A stretch of DNA of 62,555 bases, filler included, from Bipalium vagum (Eukaryota), in the NCBI GenBank assembly GCA_037834085.1. It is 3 parts of 3 records of this genome, joined end to end, with 100 filler letters (N's around TTAATTAATTAA, not from the genome) between each part and the next. Parts side by side here need not be neighbours in the genome. Positions count along the whole stretch, not along the records: positions 1 to 27,868 come from JBBMKC010076256.1; 2 more parts are not named here. One strand, given 5' to 3'. The notes under the pieces were generated by a model. The model saw only the letters and a list, made by a program, of their open reading frames with translations. It ran no database searches and had not been told where the DNA came from. The translations under genes and the position numbers were made by a program. Below, one piece after another: positions 1-11,785 of the stretch; within the stretch, counting starts at the first letter, position 1, and every line of letters starts with the position of its first letter.

Positions 1-197
1 TGTTGCATAATATTTAACAAGACAAACAAACATTTGGAAAGATAAGGATAAAAAACCAATAAAATCATGGTGGCTATAATTTTATTTCCACCAGTATATT
101 TATCAATAAATATAAAATTATTCATTATTTCATTTAAAAAAATTATTTCATTTATTTTTCATTCGAAAAAACGCTAATTTATTTCCGAACAACCTGA
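1..197 (+). mobile_element. mariner right end (TIR ~166-197 followed by TA)
   Basis: Reverse complement reads TA|TCAGGTTGTTCGGAAATAAATTAGCGTTTTTT, the same TIR type as the element at 31223-31451. Confidence 0.65.
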
Positions 198-489
198 TAT
201 AATTAGTATCAAAACTAAACAAAAAATCTCAAAAAAAATACAATAAAGCTAATAATCACTTTAGTTGATCAACAATGGTCAATCACAAAAGGGGTTTAAA
301 ATTTATTTCCACCCTCTATTTCATGTTCTCTTCAAGACAAAGAAATATTACTAAATTGATTCTGATCGTCTATTGACGGTAAAAAAAATATTTTTTATAT
401 TCCTTATTATGTAAGTATAATTTATTTTCAGTCGTATTATGTCAATATTTAATTGATTTTTAAAATTTAATAAAAATTTTAGATATAAA

Positions 490-830
490 TGAAAAAAAAT
501 ATCGTATGTGGATTTCACCTATATAACTATAAACAAAGAAGAATGCAAATGAATTTTACGGCATCTTATTTCAAGTATTCAATAAGGATTTTTCAACTTT
601 ACCTAATTGCCAGCGGTGAAATCAAGGTTTCTGAAAGGACAATGAACTCCTTGAAGATATGAAACAATGAAAACGTTGGGAAGTCATTAATAATAAGAAA
701 TCGAAGGTAGCCATTGAATTGAATTTAACACAAACTGATCGTAAACTGGCTGAGATATTTTGTTGTCATTATTCCACCATTACATTGCACTTACTTTCAA
801 CTGGAAAAAATAACCTGTGCGGAAAATGTA
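490..830 (+). mobile_element. Degenerate mariner transposase N-terminal (HTH) remnant
   Basis: Translates as KVAIELNLTQTDRKLAEIFCCHYSTITLHLLSTGKNNLCGK, a mariner HTH2 and linker. Confidence 0.6.
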
Positions 831-1539
831 TGATAATTTGGACATCTAAAATTTGTATCAAACAGGGAAATTTCTATGCAGAAATCAATTATTAAAGGCT
901 CTATTTAAAACAAATTTCAAAATAATTTACCATTTTTTCACCCTAAATTTTTCCATCGTACTTTCTCTAATGTACTTTTACAGTGGTTTTAAAAATTCAT
1001 TATCGTTTTCAAAGTATATTTAAACAACAACTTCAAGGAAAGATTATTCCCATGCGCTTCGAATTTACATGAAAAGATGGATTTTTAAGAAAAGACCATT
1101 GAACAAGCAAGATGAGAGAATTTTAATTAATTCAGCTATCTTAAATATTGCTAATAAAGGCTTAAGAATATATTTAACAATTCGATCATTGTTTCTTTAT
1201 TTTATTAATCATTTGAAATGATTTACCTTGCTTTTAAAGGCCTTTCACGAGCCTTCAATAATAAATAGATAATTCTGAAAATTGTGTTCCTGTTAGAATT
1301 ATCGAAAATTCCATCTTTCTGGGAGTAATTGGACAAATAAGCTGTGTAATATGTAACACGAGAGGAGAAGGAAGCAAAACCACCCGTCGATATCTCCTAA
1401 TAGAATTATGTTTTTTGTAGAAAACATTTTTTATGATGCAGAAAAATCTTCTTAATATTTGCAAAATTTTAATCTTAGCTCAAAATGAATAAAACATTCG
1501 AAAGATCTTTAAACAATTACAATGCCCTTTCACTGTTGT

Positions 1540-2040
1540 TTAGCTTATCACTGTTGGACAATGCCCGGAGAACCATCAACATCGACAATACTAATAGACG
1601 AACAGAAATAAAGTGGTGCTATGTATCTGGTGGGACCAAACTGTGGTATTGCACCATGACCTTCGTAAACTATTTTAAATTGTAACTGGTGATTGATGTC
1701 AGCAGCAATTACTCAATTTAAGTCGAGTAATAAGTATCAAGAGACCACAATATAGCCTAAGACATGTTCAGATCTTCTTGCAACACGACTATATCTTGCA
1801 AAAAAAGTTTAAAAAACATTAAAATATTTGGTTTGGAGTTTCCACTTCACCCACAGTACTCGCCACATATAGCGCCATCTGACTTCCACTTATTTCGATC
1901 CATGCTGCATTCTCTTATTGGACAGGCCTTCAATTCCCACGAAGATGTCAAAAAAATGAATAGATCAATGAACTGATTCTAAGGATCATGATTTCTTTTA
2001 CCACGCTATCCATTCTTTGCCGAAAGATGTTCAAAAGTAG
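1540..2040 (+). mobile_element. Degenerate mariner (DD34D) 3' half
   Basis: KVVLCIWWD and HPQYSPHIAPSDFHLFRSM (YSPDLAPxD motif). Confidence 0.8.
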
Positions 2041-2044
2041 GTCA

Positions 2045-2640
2045 CAGGGTGCGTAAAATATAAAACGTCCGATTTTAAAATGTAATGTTGTTAAATATAC
2101 TTAAGGTAAACCCTGTACATTTTTGACACAATGAAATGCATATTTTTGAAAATGAATATTTTTTAATAAAACATCCATTAACATTAATACAATTTTTCAA
2201 TTGACGATAAAAGGAAGTCATCATTTTATACATTTGTGTTAATATTTAAGCTGCCTCTTCATCGATTGCATCTGATTGATCTTTTAGTTTTTTGTATAAA
2301 TATTTATTTAGAAATAAATAAAAGAGTTTATAATGAAAGAAATCAAATTGAGAGAGATCTAGTGATCTCGAACCCAAATTGAATATTCATGCTCTCAAAA
2401 TCCACCTTCTGTGATATGTACTGTTCAAAAATTTCTAAATTCAAGCGGGTAATGGGCAAGAGCTCCACGCCGCTGAAAACCTACATATTTTAAAGTAAGA
2501 CTTCAATGTTTTTGGACAATTAACATTTTCATTAAAAAGAGTCCATAAGCATGTAATATGGAAATAAACATTCATGCAGTAATTTCTGGACTGGAGTGAC
2601 ATCTTGGGCTTATTGCATTTGGATTATATTAACATATTGA
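2045..2640 (-). mobile_element. Degenerate ITm element, rosa/DD41D-like 3' part with CAGGGTG terminus
   Basis: Terminus CAGGGTGCGTAAAA. Minus-strand remnants FQRRGALAHY...RWI...SRSLDLSQFDFF. Confidence 0.6.
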
Positions 2641-2939
2641 AACAATTAAGCGCTTACATAAAATTTAAATTCCTTTTTTTTTAAATGAATGTTTTTTTGC
2701 TTCTTAAAAACGATAATCAATAACTACCAGTTTCTAAAAAATTAAAATCAATTAAATATCAATTAAATGACCTTTTGATAATTCATTTATTAAATGTGAA
2801 AGTCAATAACGATCAATCAAATTAAAATTGATGAAAAATATAAATTGATAAGTGATTTCCGAATAAAGAATTACAACTCAATAATTAAATGAGAGAAAAC
2901 TCAATTAAAACAATAAATCGATTAATAAAGAAAGAAAAT

Positions 2940-3460
2940 CATAACACAGGAAACATTACTTTGAAGCTTGTTTCAACTCAGATTCCATTGACCCACCAGT
3001 AATGATATCCAATATGGCCTCGTAAGTTATCAAACATGCTCGATGTTCGAACACATTTCGTGAAGCACAATGATTTTTTGATAATAAAAATATTTACCTT
3101 CACAAATTTCCAAAAATTCAATAGTTGACTGTTAAACACAATAACTATTTCTTTAAAATCCTTTACTGTAAGTCTTAACGATTCTTTTTCTCAAAGAAGT
3201 AAAATTATTTATTGTCAATTTTTTAACACAATAACTCTCTTTTTCTACTCACCAAACTGATTTTGGTCTGTGTGTGATAGTAATATTCTCAGCAGCCCCA
3301 CAAACCCGATCGCATCGTTAAGAATATAACCTTAAGTCTATCTTTAATGTCCTAGTTCTCATCACAATTATTCAGTATCATCTCTGATTTTCATTTGTTG
3401 ATTTCACAGCTCCATTAATGACCCCAAAAATCTGGATTTCAAAATGATTGGTATTATGAC
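2940..3460 (-). mobile_element. Highly decayed Tc1-like remnant
   Basis: Weak fragments resembling Tc1 HTH/RPK and first-D region; heavily frameshifted. Confidence 0.3.
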
Positions 3461-3615
3461 TTTTTTCTGAATTTCTTTCAATTAAATTGTTATTTATAAC
3501 ACTGAATAATATTGATTATAAATTATTTAATATATTTTTCGGAACTTGGAAATTTGTGGTTTTATCTCACTATATTGTTTAATGTATAACATAACTTAAG
3601 TTTAACTTAATAATA

Positions 3616-4320
3616 CATTGTGGGCCCTAGAAAACTGAAGGACTTTAATCTAAAATAACTTTTAGTAAAACCAATTTTTATTTAATTCAAAGAGTTTCTT
3701 TGAAAGATACAAGCTTAGAAATTAGGTTTTTTTAAGTCCGGAAAATAATGTTTTTTAAATGACCACCATTTTCTTGCTCACAAAGAATTGCTCTTTTTAG
3801 AGCATTTTCCAATACTAGATCCAAAATTTCCGGGTCCAAAATACGTATCTCACTTCGGATGAAAATTCAGCATTTTTTGAAATAAATATTTCACCAAAGA
3901 TTTTGTGCAAGAGATTCATTGTTTGAGCGGCAGTGTGTGCAGGAGCACCATTTTGTTGAAACCAAATTTATTCGTAATCTTCAACTACCGGACGTAGAAA
4001 ATTTTCAATCATTGTCCTCTTTCTTTCTGGACGCTCCACATCATCTTCGAAAAAATAAGGTCCAATAATTCTGTCAGACAAGACCCAACACCACACGGTG
4101 CATTTTCAAGAATGCAGTGGATGCTGGTTAAAGTTCATAGGATTGACTGATCCTGTTTATTCTGTTTATTGACAACTCCATTCAGATAAAAATTGGCTTC
4201 ATCGCCCATTATCAGTTTGTTCAAAAAGATGACATTATCTCTTGCTAACTTCTGAAAAAGAATAGCATAATTTAAACGTTTAGCATTGTTTGATGGGAGA
4301 AGAACTTGAGGTGATTGAAT
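3616..4320 (-). mobile_element. Degenerate rosa/DD41D transposon, 3' portion
   Basis: IMGDEANFYL, KCTVWC, GPYFFE, FQQNGAPAHT, PEILDLVLENALKRAILCEQENGGHL. Same family type as 22386-23680. Confidence 0.8.
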
Positions 4321-4784
4321 ATATAAACAATATTACCTTTTCTCCAATGTTAATTTTCTCGAATCAAATTCATTAAATAAATGATAAAGAAATAAAATAT
4401 TAATAAAAATATTTAAAAGAATAATATATTTTGTAAAATTTATTAAATACTAAAATAATCATATCAGTAAATAAAACAATCCAACTCACAGAAAAAGAAA
4501 ATCAATAAAAACCAAATTATAATCGATAGATTTTAAATAATATTTTGAACAATAAAAATAATGTTAAATATAAAATATATTTTTTAATTTTTTAATTTCA
4601 AAACATAATTAATGATTAAATGTCTTTAATTTAATTGGATTATTAAATGAGTTAAGTAAAATTTATTTAATAAATAATAACATTAAATATTGATTAATTT
4701 AATTAAATTATAATTATACTGTATAATTAATTAATTAAATTAATTATAATAGCATCAAATATTGGTATGATGGTTTTGTTTTTG

Positions 4785-5741
4785 TTATTTACAAAATAAA
4801 ATGCCATGAAGATTTCTTCTAAATGTTATCGATGAAAAAATGTAAGCAAAAATGTTTATGGCGTTGTTAGTAAACATAAGCAACAATAAGCTTTCCTGGA
4901 TCACACTATGGATGAATGGGTTTTCGTCCAGCCTCAAATGGGCTTTGAGAGATTGGTAAATGGCAGCTGGCAACGACGTTATGGCATGGATTAAAGAGAG
5001 CGTTGTCAAAACCTTAATGATGTGTTCAATTCGACGTTTTTTCATTTTGGATTGTTTCGGTATTTGAGTCTCATCGAAACAATGTGTCGAAGACAATTTC
5101 GGAATTTTCGCGTACATTTTATGCAAAATATTACGATGATGACGCAGTTTAATATAAATATAAATATTACAAAAACATAGAATAACATATGGTAAAATAG
5201 CGCAAGTTAAGAAATCTACTTTCAAAAAGCTCCAACTGATCCAACTGATCAGTTCAGGCTTACAAATGTAAATTGTTTCATTGAATCTTGTTCGGTTCAA
5301 AGAATCAATACTATACAAATATAAAATGCAGCTGTTTTTCCCAATGATCCCCAAAGAAAATCCAAACATCCCAACGAGTACTGTGAAAAATGTAATGGAC
5401 GTTTTAGATTTCTGAGGAAAGGACACCACGACGAACCTTTCGATGGCTATGGCGCACAATGTTCCAACAGCAAAATCCGATACCACTGATACTAGAAATC
5501 CGTGAAATTTACAAATGACATTGTTGTAAAGCCGTATGTCAAAATGAAAGGTGGCTCGAATCCAGTATCTGAGCACAGCAGTCAATAAGACGGAATTATC
5601 CCAAACAGCCAACATAATCATGAGAAATCGGGTGGTATTTCTATTTGATTTGTCTTTATATAAGACGTAAAGAGAAATAGAATTGAACGGAATTCCAAAG
5701 AATATCAGCATGGCTGCATAAGACTTAACAAAGTTCTCCAT
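4785..5741 (-). CDS. Rhodopsin-family (class A) GPCR, FMRFamide/peptide-receptor-like orphan, 318 aa uninterrupted ORF
   Basis: Seven hydrophobic segments: TM1 GxxxN (FGIPFN), TM2 LAVWD, TM3 start ICK, ERF in place of DRY (AIAIERFVVV), TM5 ILPY..N, TM6 SLP, TM7 NNAINIFAY and helix 8 (SITFR). Confidence 0.92.
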   Translation of the reverse strand: MENFVKSYAAMLIFFGIPFNSISLYVLYKDKSNRNTTRFLMIMLAVWDNSVLLTAVLRYWIRATFHFDIRLYNNVICKFHGFLVSVVSDFAVGTLCAIAIERFVVVSFPQKSKTSITFFTVLVGMFGFSLGIIGKNSCILYLYSIDSLNRTRFNETIYICKPELISWISWSFLKVDFLTCAILPYVILCFCNIYIYIKLRHHRNILHKMYAKIPKLSSTHCFDETQIPKQSKMKKRRIEHIIKVLTTLSLIHAITSLPAAIYQSLKAHLRLDENPFIHSVIQESLLLLMFTNNAINIFAYIFSSITFRRNLHGILFCK

Positions 5742-6289
5742 GTTCTCTAACCAGGTGCCTAAAGTATGTTTCCGTTAGGTGCTGCTGAAATCAAATGAAA
5801 ATTCTCAGACATTCTCATCGAAAATCTGTAGAATATTTTGAGGAGATTTCAAAGAGTAAGATTTATTTAAGAAAATTAATCTCAACATTTCATTGGACAA
5901 AAATTTTATTTTATTTTTTATTCTAAATGACGACTCCTACTCTAAAATATGTACGTATTGACTTTTTCCCTGAAATTTTTTGTGATAAAAATATTCCATT
6001 AACTTCGTGCGTAATTAGAAAAAAATTATTGAAAATTATATCTTTGAATGGGTGATAAATGAATAATTTTAAATAAAATGTAAAGCTGGTAGCATTTAGT
6101 TGAAACCATTAACATTTTTTAGTTTTAATGGACCAGAACAGCAATCTGATAATATGCTAAACATTATTTCTATTTTTACTCCTCTTCCTATACCTTCTGA
6201 TTTTATTACTCTTCAAGTTGAAAATGATTTAATAAATGATATTTCCATTTATTGAAATAAATGATTTTAGAATTCATTCTTTTTTATAA

Positions 6290-6850
6290 TTATAGCCCTT
6301 CCCATATTCGAAGCCAGGGTGGCTTTAAATGTAACTAATTTTTTAATTATATTTAATAATTAACCCTATATAACCTTTATTTAAAAATAATAATACTTAT
6401 TATTCATTAGAAGTGCAGTTTAATATGCCGTTAAGAAAATGTTATACTTTGGATTTCAAGAAATCACGTTGTATTAAGTGCATTGAGAATTCACGTGTAC
6501 AAGTTTGTAAGAAATATGGATTGGATGAGCGAATGTTGCGCCGTTGGAGAGTTTGTTTCAAGAATAATGCTGAAGAAGCGACTTTTAAAAGTAGTGCAGA
6601 GACTTTGAGGTGCTGGAAAAAACCCAATCATGAAAATTCCAGGAGACTCAATTTTCGAATGGGTATGCGATCGCAGAATAATATAACTTGTGGTAAGGTA
6701 ATTAATTAATAATGCTTTAATTTTGGATATTTCTGATAGATTACGACCCTTAGGAAAGATTGAAATGAAGGAAAATGGATATAATATGCATTGAATTAGC
6801 AATATAACATTGAAATCTGGATGGGTACGCCCTAAAGAAGATCATTTTAA
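6290..6850 (+). mobile_element. Degenerate pogo-superfamily transposon (Brinker-type DNA-binding N-terminus)
   Basis: MPLRKCYTLDFK...QVCKKYGLDERMLRRWR, followed by a frameshifted CENP-B-like segment. Confidence 0.6.
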
Positions 6851-6949
6851 TATATTTATCATTTAATATATTTTCTCATCATTGGAAATGAACAATAGAT
6901 ATATTTTGATAATTAAAAATTTTAAAAATCTTGGTGCGACTCAGATGAG

Positions 6950-7502
6950 CCATTATCATTGATTGCAAAACAATGGATTGGATCAGAAGAATGTGTTGTT
7001 TTTACGAGCTCTTGCAACCTGGTCAAGCGAATTTTGCTCGCCGTTATCAATAATAATTGTTGACGTTAAGTGATGAACTGAAAGAAAATGGATCAGAGTG
7101 GGCTAAAATACATAGAAAGGTCATTTGTCTGCATAATAATACTCGGCCACATGTTTCAAAAACGTTAAAGAAAAAATTGAATGTACTTGGTTTGGATGTC
7201 TTACCTGACTCCCGTATTCATCAGATATTGTTTTATTTGGTTATTACTTGTTTTGGTATAAGGTGCTTTGTCTCTCCAATGAGTGCTTTCAAAACCTCAA
7301 GGATGTCAAAAATTGGATTGATAAGTAGATCGTATTGAAACACGAAAAGTTATTTTTGACGGTATTCAAAAACTACCACATGGTGGACCAAAAAAATAGA
7401 TATCTATGGAAATTACTTTACATAAAAATATATTGTTCAATTTTGCTAATATAAACATTTTGGCACTTTTAAAAAATCGTAATTTTCAACTTATACACCT
7501 AA
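6950..7502 (+). mobile_element. Degenerate mariner 3' half with right TIR
   Basis: VVFYELLQPG...KVICLHNNTRPHVSK...LGLDVLP, ending AAAAATCGTAATTTTCAACTTATACACCTAA. Confidence 0.75.
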
Positions 7503-8279
7503 AAATAATAATAATTAACAAATCAAATGAAAAATGTGACTTGAATTAAATTAAACACGGAAAATTCAGGATGATCATTGTGAGAATGATCCACCTCCTT
7601 CTGAGCTGGAGTTTCATCCAATCTTAAATGCCAGTCAACATATCACTTTTGATAGGTCTTCATTTTGGATCCAAATATTATGACTTGGGATATCACCGGT
7701 ATAGTAACTGTAACTCGATAAACAACGTTAACTGGGTTATTTGATTAGATGAAATATTTAAATTATAATAATAAAAAAGAGTTAATAACGACCATGTTGA
7801 AGAGTACTTGAGATCTTTTGAAATAACGATAGGCTTCAAGAATTAATGCAGATTGATATCTATATAAAAATTTACGAAATTATACGGAGTGAGAGAATTG
7901 TAATGTCATAGCTGGTCCTCATATAAACCCCGAGATTCCATTAAAACTTCTGAAAACCAATTAGATGATAAACGATTTATCCTAGATATCTATCGAAAAG
8001 GGCTTTTACCTTGAACATATATCATATTATAACTATCAGTTTGAAAGGTTTCATCGTGACTTTCACCAAAAATCCTGCTAGAACTCATTGGTTGAGCATT
8101 TTCAACAATTGGAGTCCTCTTTATGTTAAACAACACCTATTGTATCAAAACCGAGGAAGAAAAGTTATCTGTTAATTATATCTGAAAATATATTTTATTT
8201 AAATCCCTATGTTTAAAAACTATATAAAAGCATATTTTTCTTTAAATGAATAATTGATGAAGACTACTTTAGAGTTACG

Positions 8280-8704
8280 TATGATTTTAGATTTTGACAT
8301 TACTTTGACACTTGATTTGTGGATCATATTTGAAATACCACGTCTCATTATCACCTATAACTGGATCAATATAATCTGGATTGTTTTCAAGTGTTGAGGA
8401 GATCGTTACATTATTCAACTTGTGTACGAGACATACAATTATCACCATAAACTTTTCGCAGTCTCTGTTAATTCTTTCCGGATTTTAAAAGAAAATGGTT
8501 CCATTGTAAATCTATAACATAACCTTGTTAATATATACCTTTATTTAAAAGCAAATAGAATTCAAACCTGTTATCCGAATAAAATAAATTTCGATGATTT
8601 TCAAAGATGAATTATTTAATTTTATATTAAAGATTTGTTTAAACAAATGAAACTTAATATATGATTTAAATCAAAAGTTCGGTTACTTATATAACACACC
8701 GTGT
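8280..8704 (-). mobile_element. Internally deleted mariner remnant with TIR
   Basis: QRLRKVYGDNCMSRTQV and IGDNETWYFKYDPQIKCQS. Minus-strand terminus TA|CACGGTGTGTTATATAAGTAACCGAAC. Confidence 0.7.
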
Positions 8705-9439
8705 ATATATTATTTGGCATTAATAATATAACTGAAGGCCACTTTATCCCTTACTTTCTTTTTCCCGTGTTTTTGATTCAACCAGTATTTAAAACGAAAC
8801 ATTCAGTCATTCTCCACGAATTTTAAAGATTTATTATTTATTTTAATTAATTTTTTAAAAATTTAATATTATAAAATTATGTGAAGACTTATATTATGAT
8901 AGTTTAAATTGTGGTTTCGAGATCACAAAATTAGATTTAAACTTATTAAAATAAATTAATTAATGAAATCAAAAAATACAAGCTTGATTAAAATAAAATA
9001 ATTTTTAAAATAAAGACAGATTTAATATTTTATTCATTCTTACTGATACTATCCATTACAGTTTTATGAAAATATTTAATATCATTCTATCACTGTTAAT
9101 AAAATAAAATTAAGTTATTAAAAATGTTTTGAATGCTTATTATGATTTGAAAATGTTAATATATAATCTTGACTGATTTGAATTAATAAAACAATCATAA
9201 ATAAAATGAATAATAATTTTTTTAATATTTTCTATGGAGTTTGTGGTTACAGTTATTGATTATCTCAAAAATACAATCTGTTTTAGACTGTTTGAAATTT
9301 CTTTAAATTAATTAATTAATTATATTTTGGCTTGCAAAATTTAACTAATTCAATTCTGACTGTATTTCAATGGAAGGAAGACAATTATAATTGAAAAGCT
9401 TTGAATGTATATTTTGAAATTTTTAAGATTATATTATAG

Positions 9440-9880
9440 TTTCTTTGTAAATATTATCATGTAGATCGTCTTTTGATGGAATGTAAAGTATATTAGATTT
9501 TCGTCCACGACCATCTTTATCCAGGATGTTTTAATCTCCATCCTTAAATTTCTGAAACCAGCGTTAAGAGCAACTGTCGCCATTACTACCTTCTCCAAAT
9601 ATGAGGTTCAGATTTAGAGAAGTTTGTTTATCATGACAACCCATTTTGTTTTCGTAAAGGAACACTGCTCTAATTTCCATGTCGTTCATCTCAAATGCCT
9701 AAAATATTTTAGATAATTTTTCTATATTAAAAATTGTTGTTGACTTACCTTTTTGAAAGATTTCGCTTTAAAATATAAAAAAATTTATATTAATAAAAGA
9801 AATTTTAAATTAACAATTCATAATGTAAAAATGAAGACAAAAAAAAACACCCATTGATTTCTTTACAGCTCCATTGTTTT
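9440..9880 (-). mobile_element. mariner N-terminal remnant
   Basis: IFGEGS...RWFQKFKDGD*NILDKDGRGR. Confidence 0.65.
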
Positions 9881-9944
9881 TTTTAATTTTTTCAGACTGG
9901 TTGATACATTTTTCAAAATAGACAATATATTAATATAGGCAATA

Positions 9945-10285
9945 TATTAAGTGCACAAATAAGTCCTAAATCAAAATTTTGCAAAATATGAATCTTCATC
10001 ATTTGACTTTATGAAATCATCAATCCTTCTTCAAGCGTTCGGAAGCCTATATCAGTCACTGAATTTGCATTGAACGAATCAGATGATGGTCTGTTGGAGT
10101 GATATCGGTACTATAAACAGGATGTTTTAATACTTTCCAACCAAATGTAAGTAAGTAATCCTTGACTGATCTTCTAATATGAGGCTAGCATTATCATGAA
10201 TCAATGTCATTAAACTCCAGCTTTTGACTATAAATGAACGTTTTAGGTGGATCTTTTCATTCAGTCGCTGCAATTGTTCTAATAT
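9945..10285 (-). mobile_element. mariner C-terminal remnant
   Basis: LIHDNAS...GWKVLKHPVYSTDITPTDHHLIRSMQ. Confidence 0.7.
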
Positions 10286-11014
10286 ATATGAACATTTAAT
10301 TAATCAAAAATATAAAACATAAATCTTTTGAATTAATTAATATTTAATAAACCATGAGAAAAATCTAATCATTTAAACAAAAGGGAATATTTATAATCAT
10401 ATCTTTTGTATAACTGATACTCCAATAATAAGTGAATAAAGATAATATTTAATTAATTGTAACTATTGTAAATTAATTGTTACATGGGATTACCTGTTTT
10501 AATTAAGCTAAGCTTAATGAAGTTTATTGATTTGCTTAACAAACCTTGTCATATACACTTTAATTAATTAATGATAATTAATTAAATATCTACCCAGAGC
10601 CTTTTCTTAACATTAAGTTACATGTTCACTTTAAAAATACGTAGAAAGTAAATCAGAGAAAAAATGATGTTTAAGAAATCAGGACATACTTTTGACTGTT
10701 GTGATGTTTCTAACGATGTCAAAGGTTTTAATAATTTTTGATTTTTCCAAATTAATTATTTGAAATTAATTATTTCCCTAAGTTGAATTATTTTTCAGTT
10801 ACTTAAACAGCCTTATTGGTTCATTAAATTACTTTTTTTAGTTTTTATGTAACCTTTAAAATAATTTATAATTGAATTTATTATGATTCAGATAAAGGTA
10901 TTTTTATTATATAATATGAATCCCATAATGATTTATATTGTTAGGCATCTTGTTGGTTAATATTTTATTAAAAGATCATAGAATTATCGGCACAACCATG
11001 TAATAATGAGAATA

Positions 11015-11785
11015 TTAGGAGTACCCATAAGTAATCAATTATTTTTAGTATGCAATATTTGCTTCATTCTAGCTGAGACCCTGAATATATAAACACGTGT
11101 TTTTTTACGTTAAATTACAATCATTGACCTTAAATATTGATTATAATTTAATTCAAACGTTTTTATTATTCTGATATAAAATGGCGGAGAATCAACCAAG
11201 TGAGGAACATTTACGACATTGCATACTGTTTCATTTTCGATCCGGTGTTAATGCAACCGTTACAACAAAGATTTTTTATATGTATGGGGAGGTATTAAAA
11301 GTCGAAAAGTGCCAACATTGGTTTCGAAAATTTTCAAATGTTGATTTTAGCTTGTCTTATAGCGCTCGAAATGGACACCCGGTAGGGTTTGATAAAGACG
11401 CTCTAAAACCACTGGTGGAAACGAATCTCAAAATGAGTATCCAGGAAATAGCAAAAACTCTTCAAGCTACATGGTCAACAGTTCAAAGACATCTTAAAGA
11501 AATCGGGAAGGTTTACAGACAGGGTATATGAGTCCCACATCTATTGTCTTAGATGAATAAAGATCAACCGCGTATAATTTGCACATCTCTTTTGTACAGA
11601 ACAAAAGAAAATTTTGTACTGAAATGATCCGTTTTTAAGAAGGATTGTTACTGGTGACGAGAGATAGGTCTTGTACAACAGCAGCAAGCGCGCCAAGCAA
11701 TGGCTTTCTCTAAATCAACTACCCGTACCCATTTCGAAACCACCCCTCACTCTAAAGAAGGTATTATTGTGCGTTTGGTGGTTTA
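11015..11785 (+). mobile_element. mariner 5' half (left TIR plus transposase N-terminus; includes ORF 11181-11531)
   Basis: TIR TA|TTAGGAGTACCCATAAGTAATC. MAENQPSEEHLRHCILFHF...WFRKF...STVQRHLKEIGK, *VPHLLS, IVTGDE and KKVLLCVWW, after which it is truncated. Confidence 0.85.

Noticed and set aside
7790-7910. Selenocysteine or readthrough at TGA 7906-7908, where the frame seems to continue into YQSALILEAYRYF
   Set aside because: It would need a 26-bp intron, far below the 44-bp minimum seen in ATP13A1, and no SECIS was found. More simply, this is a stop codon.
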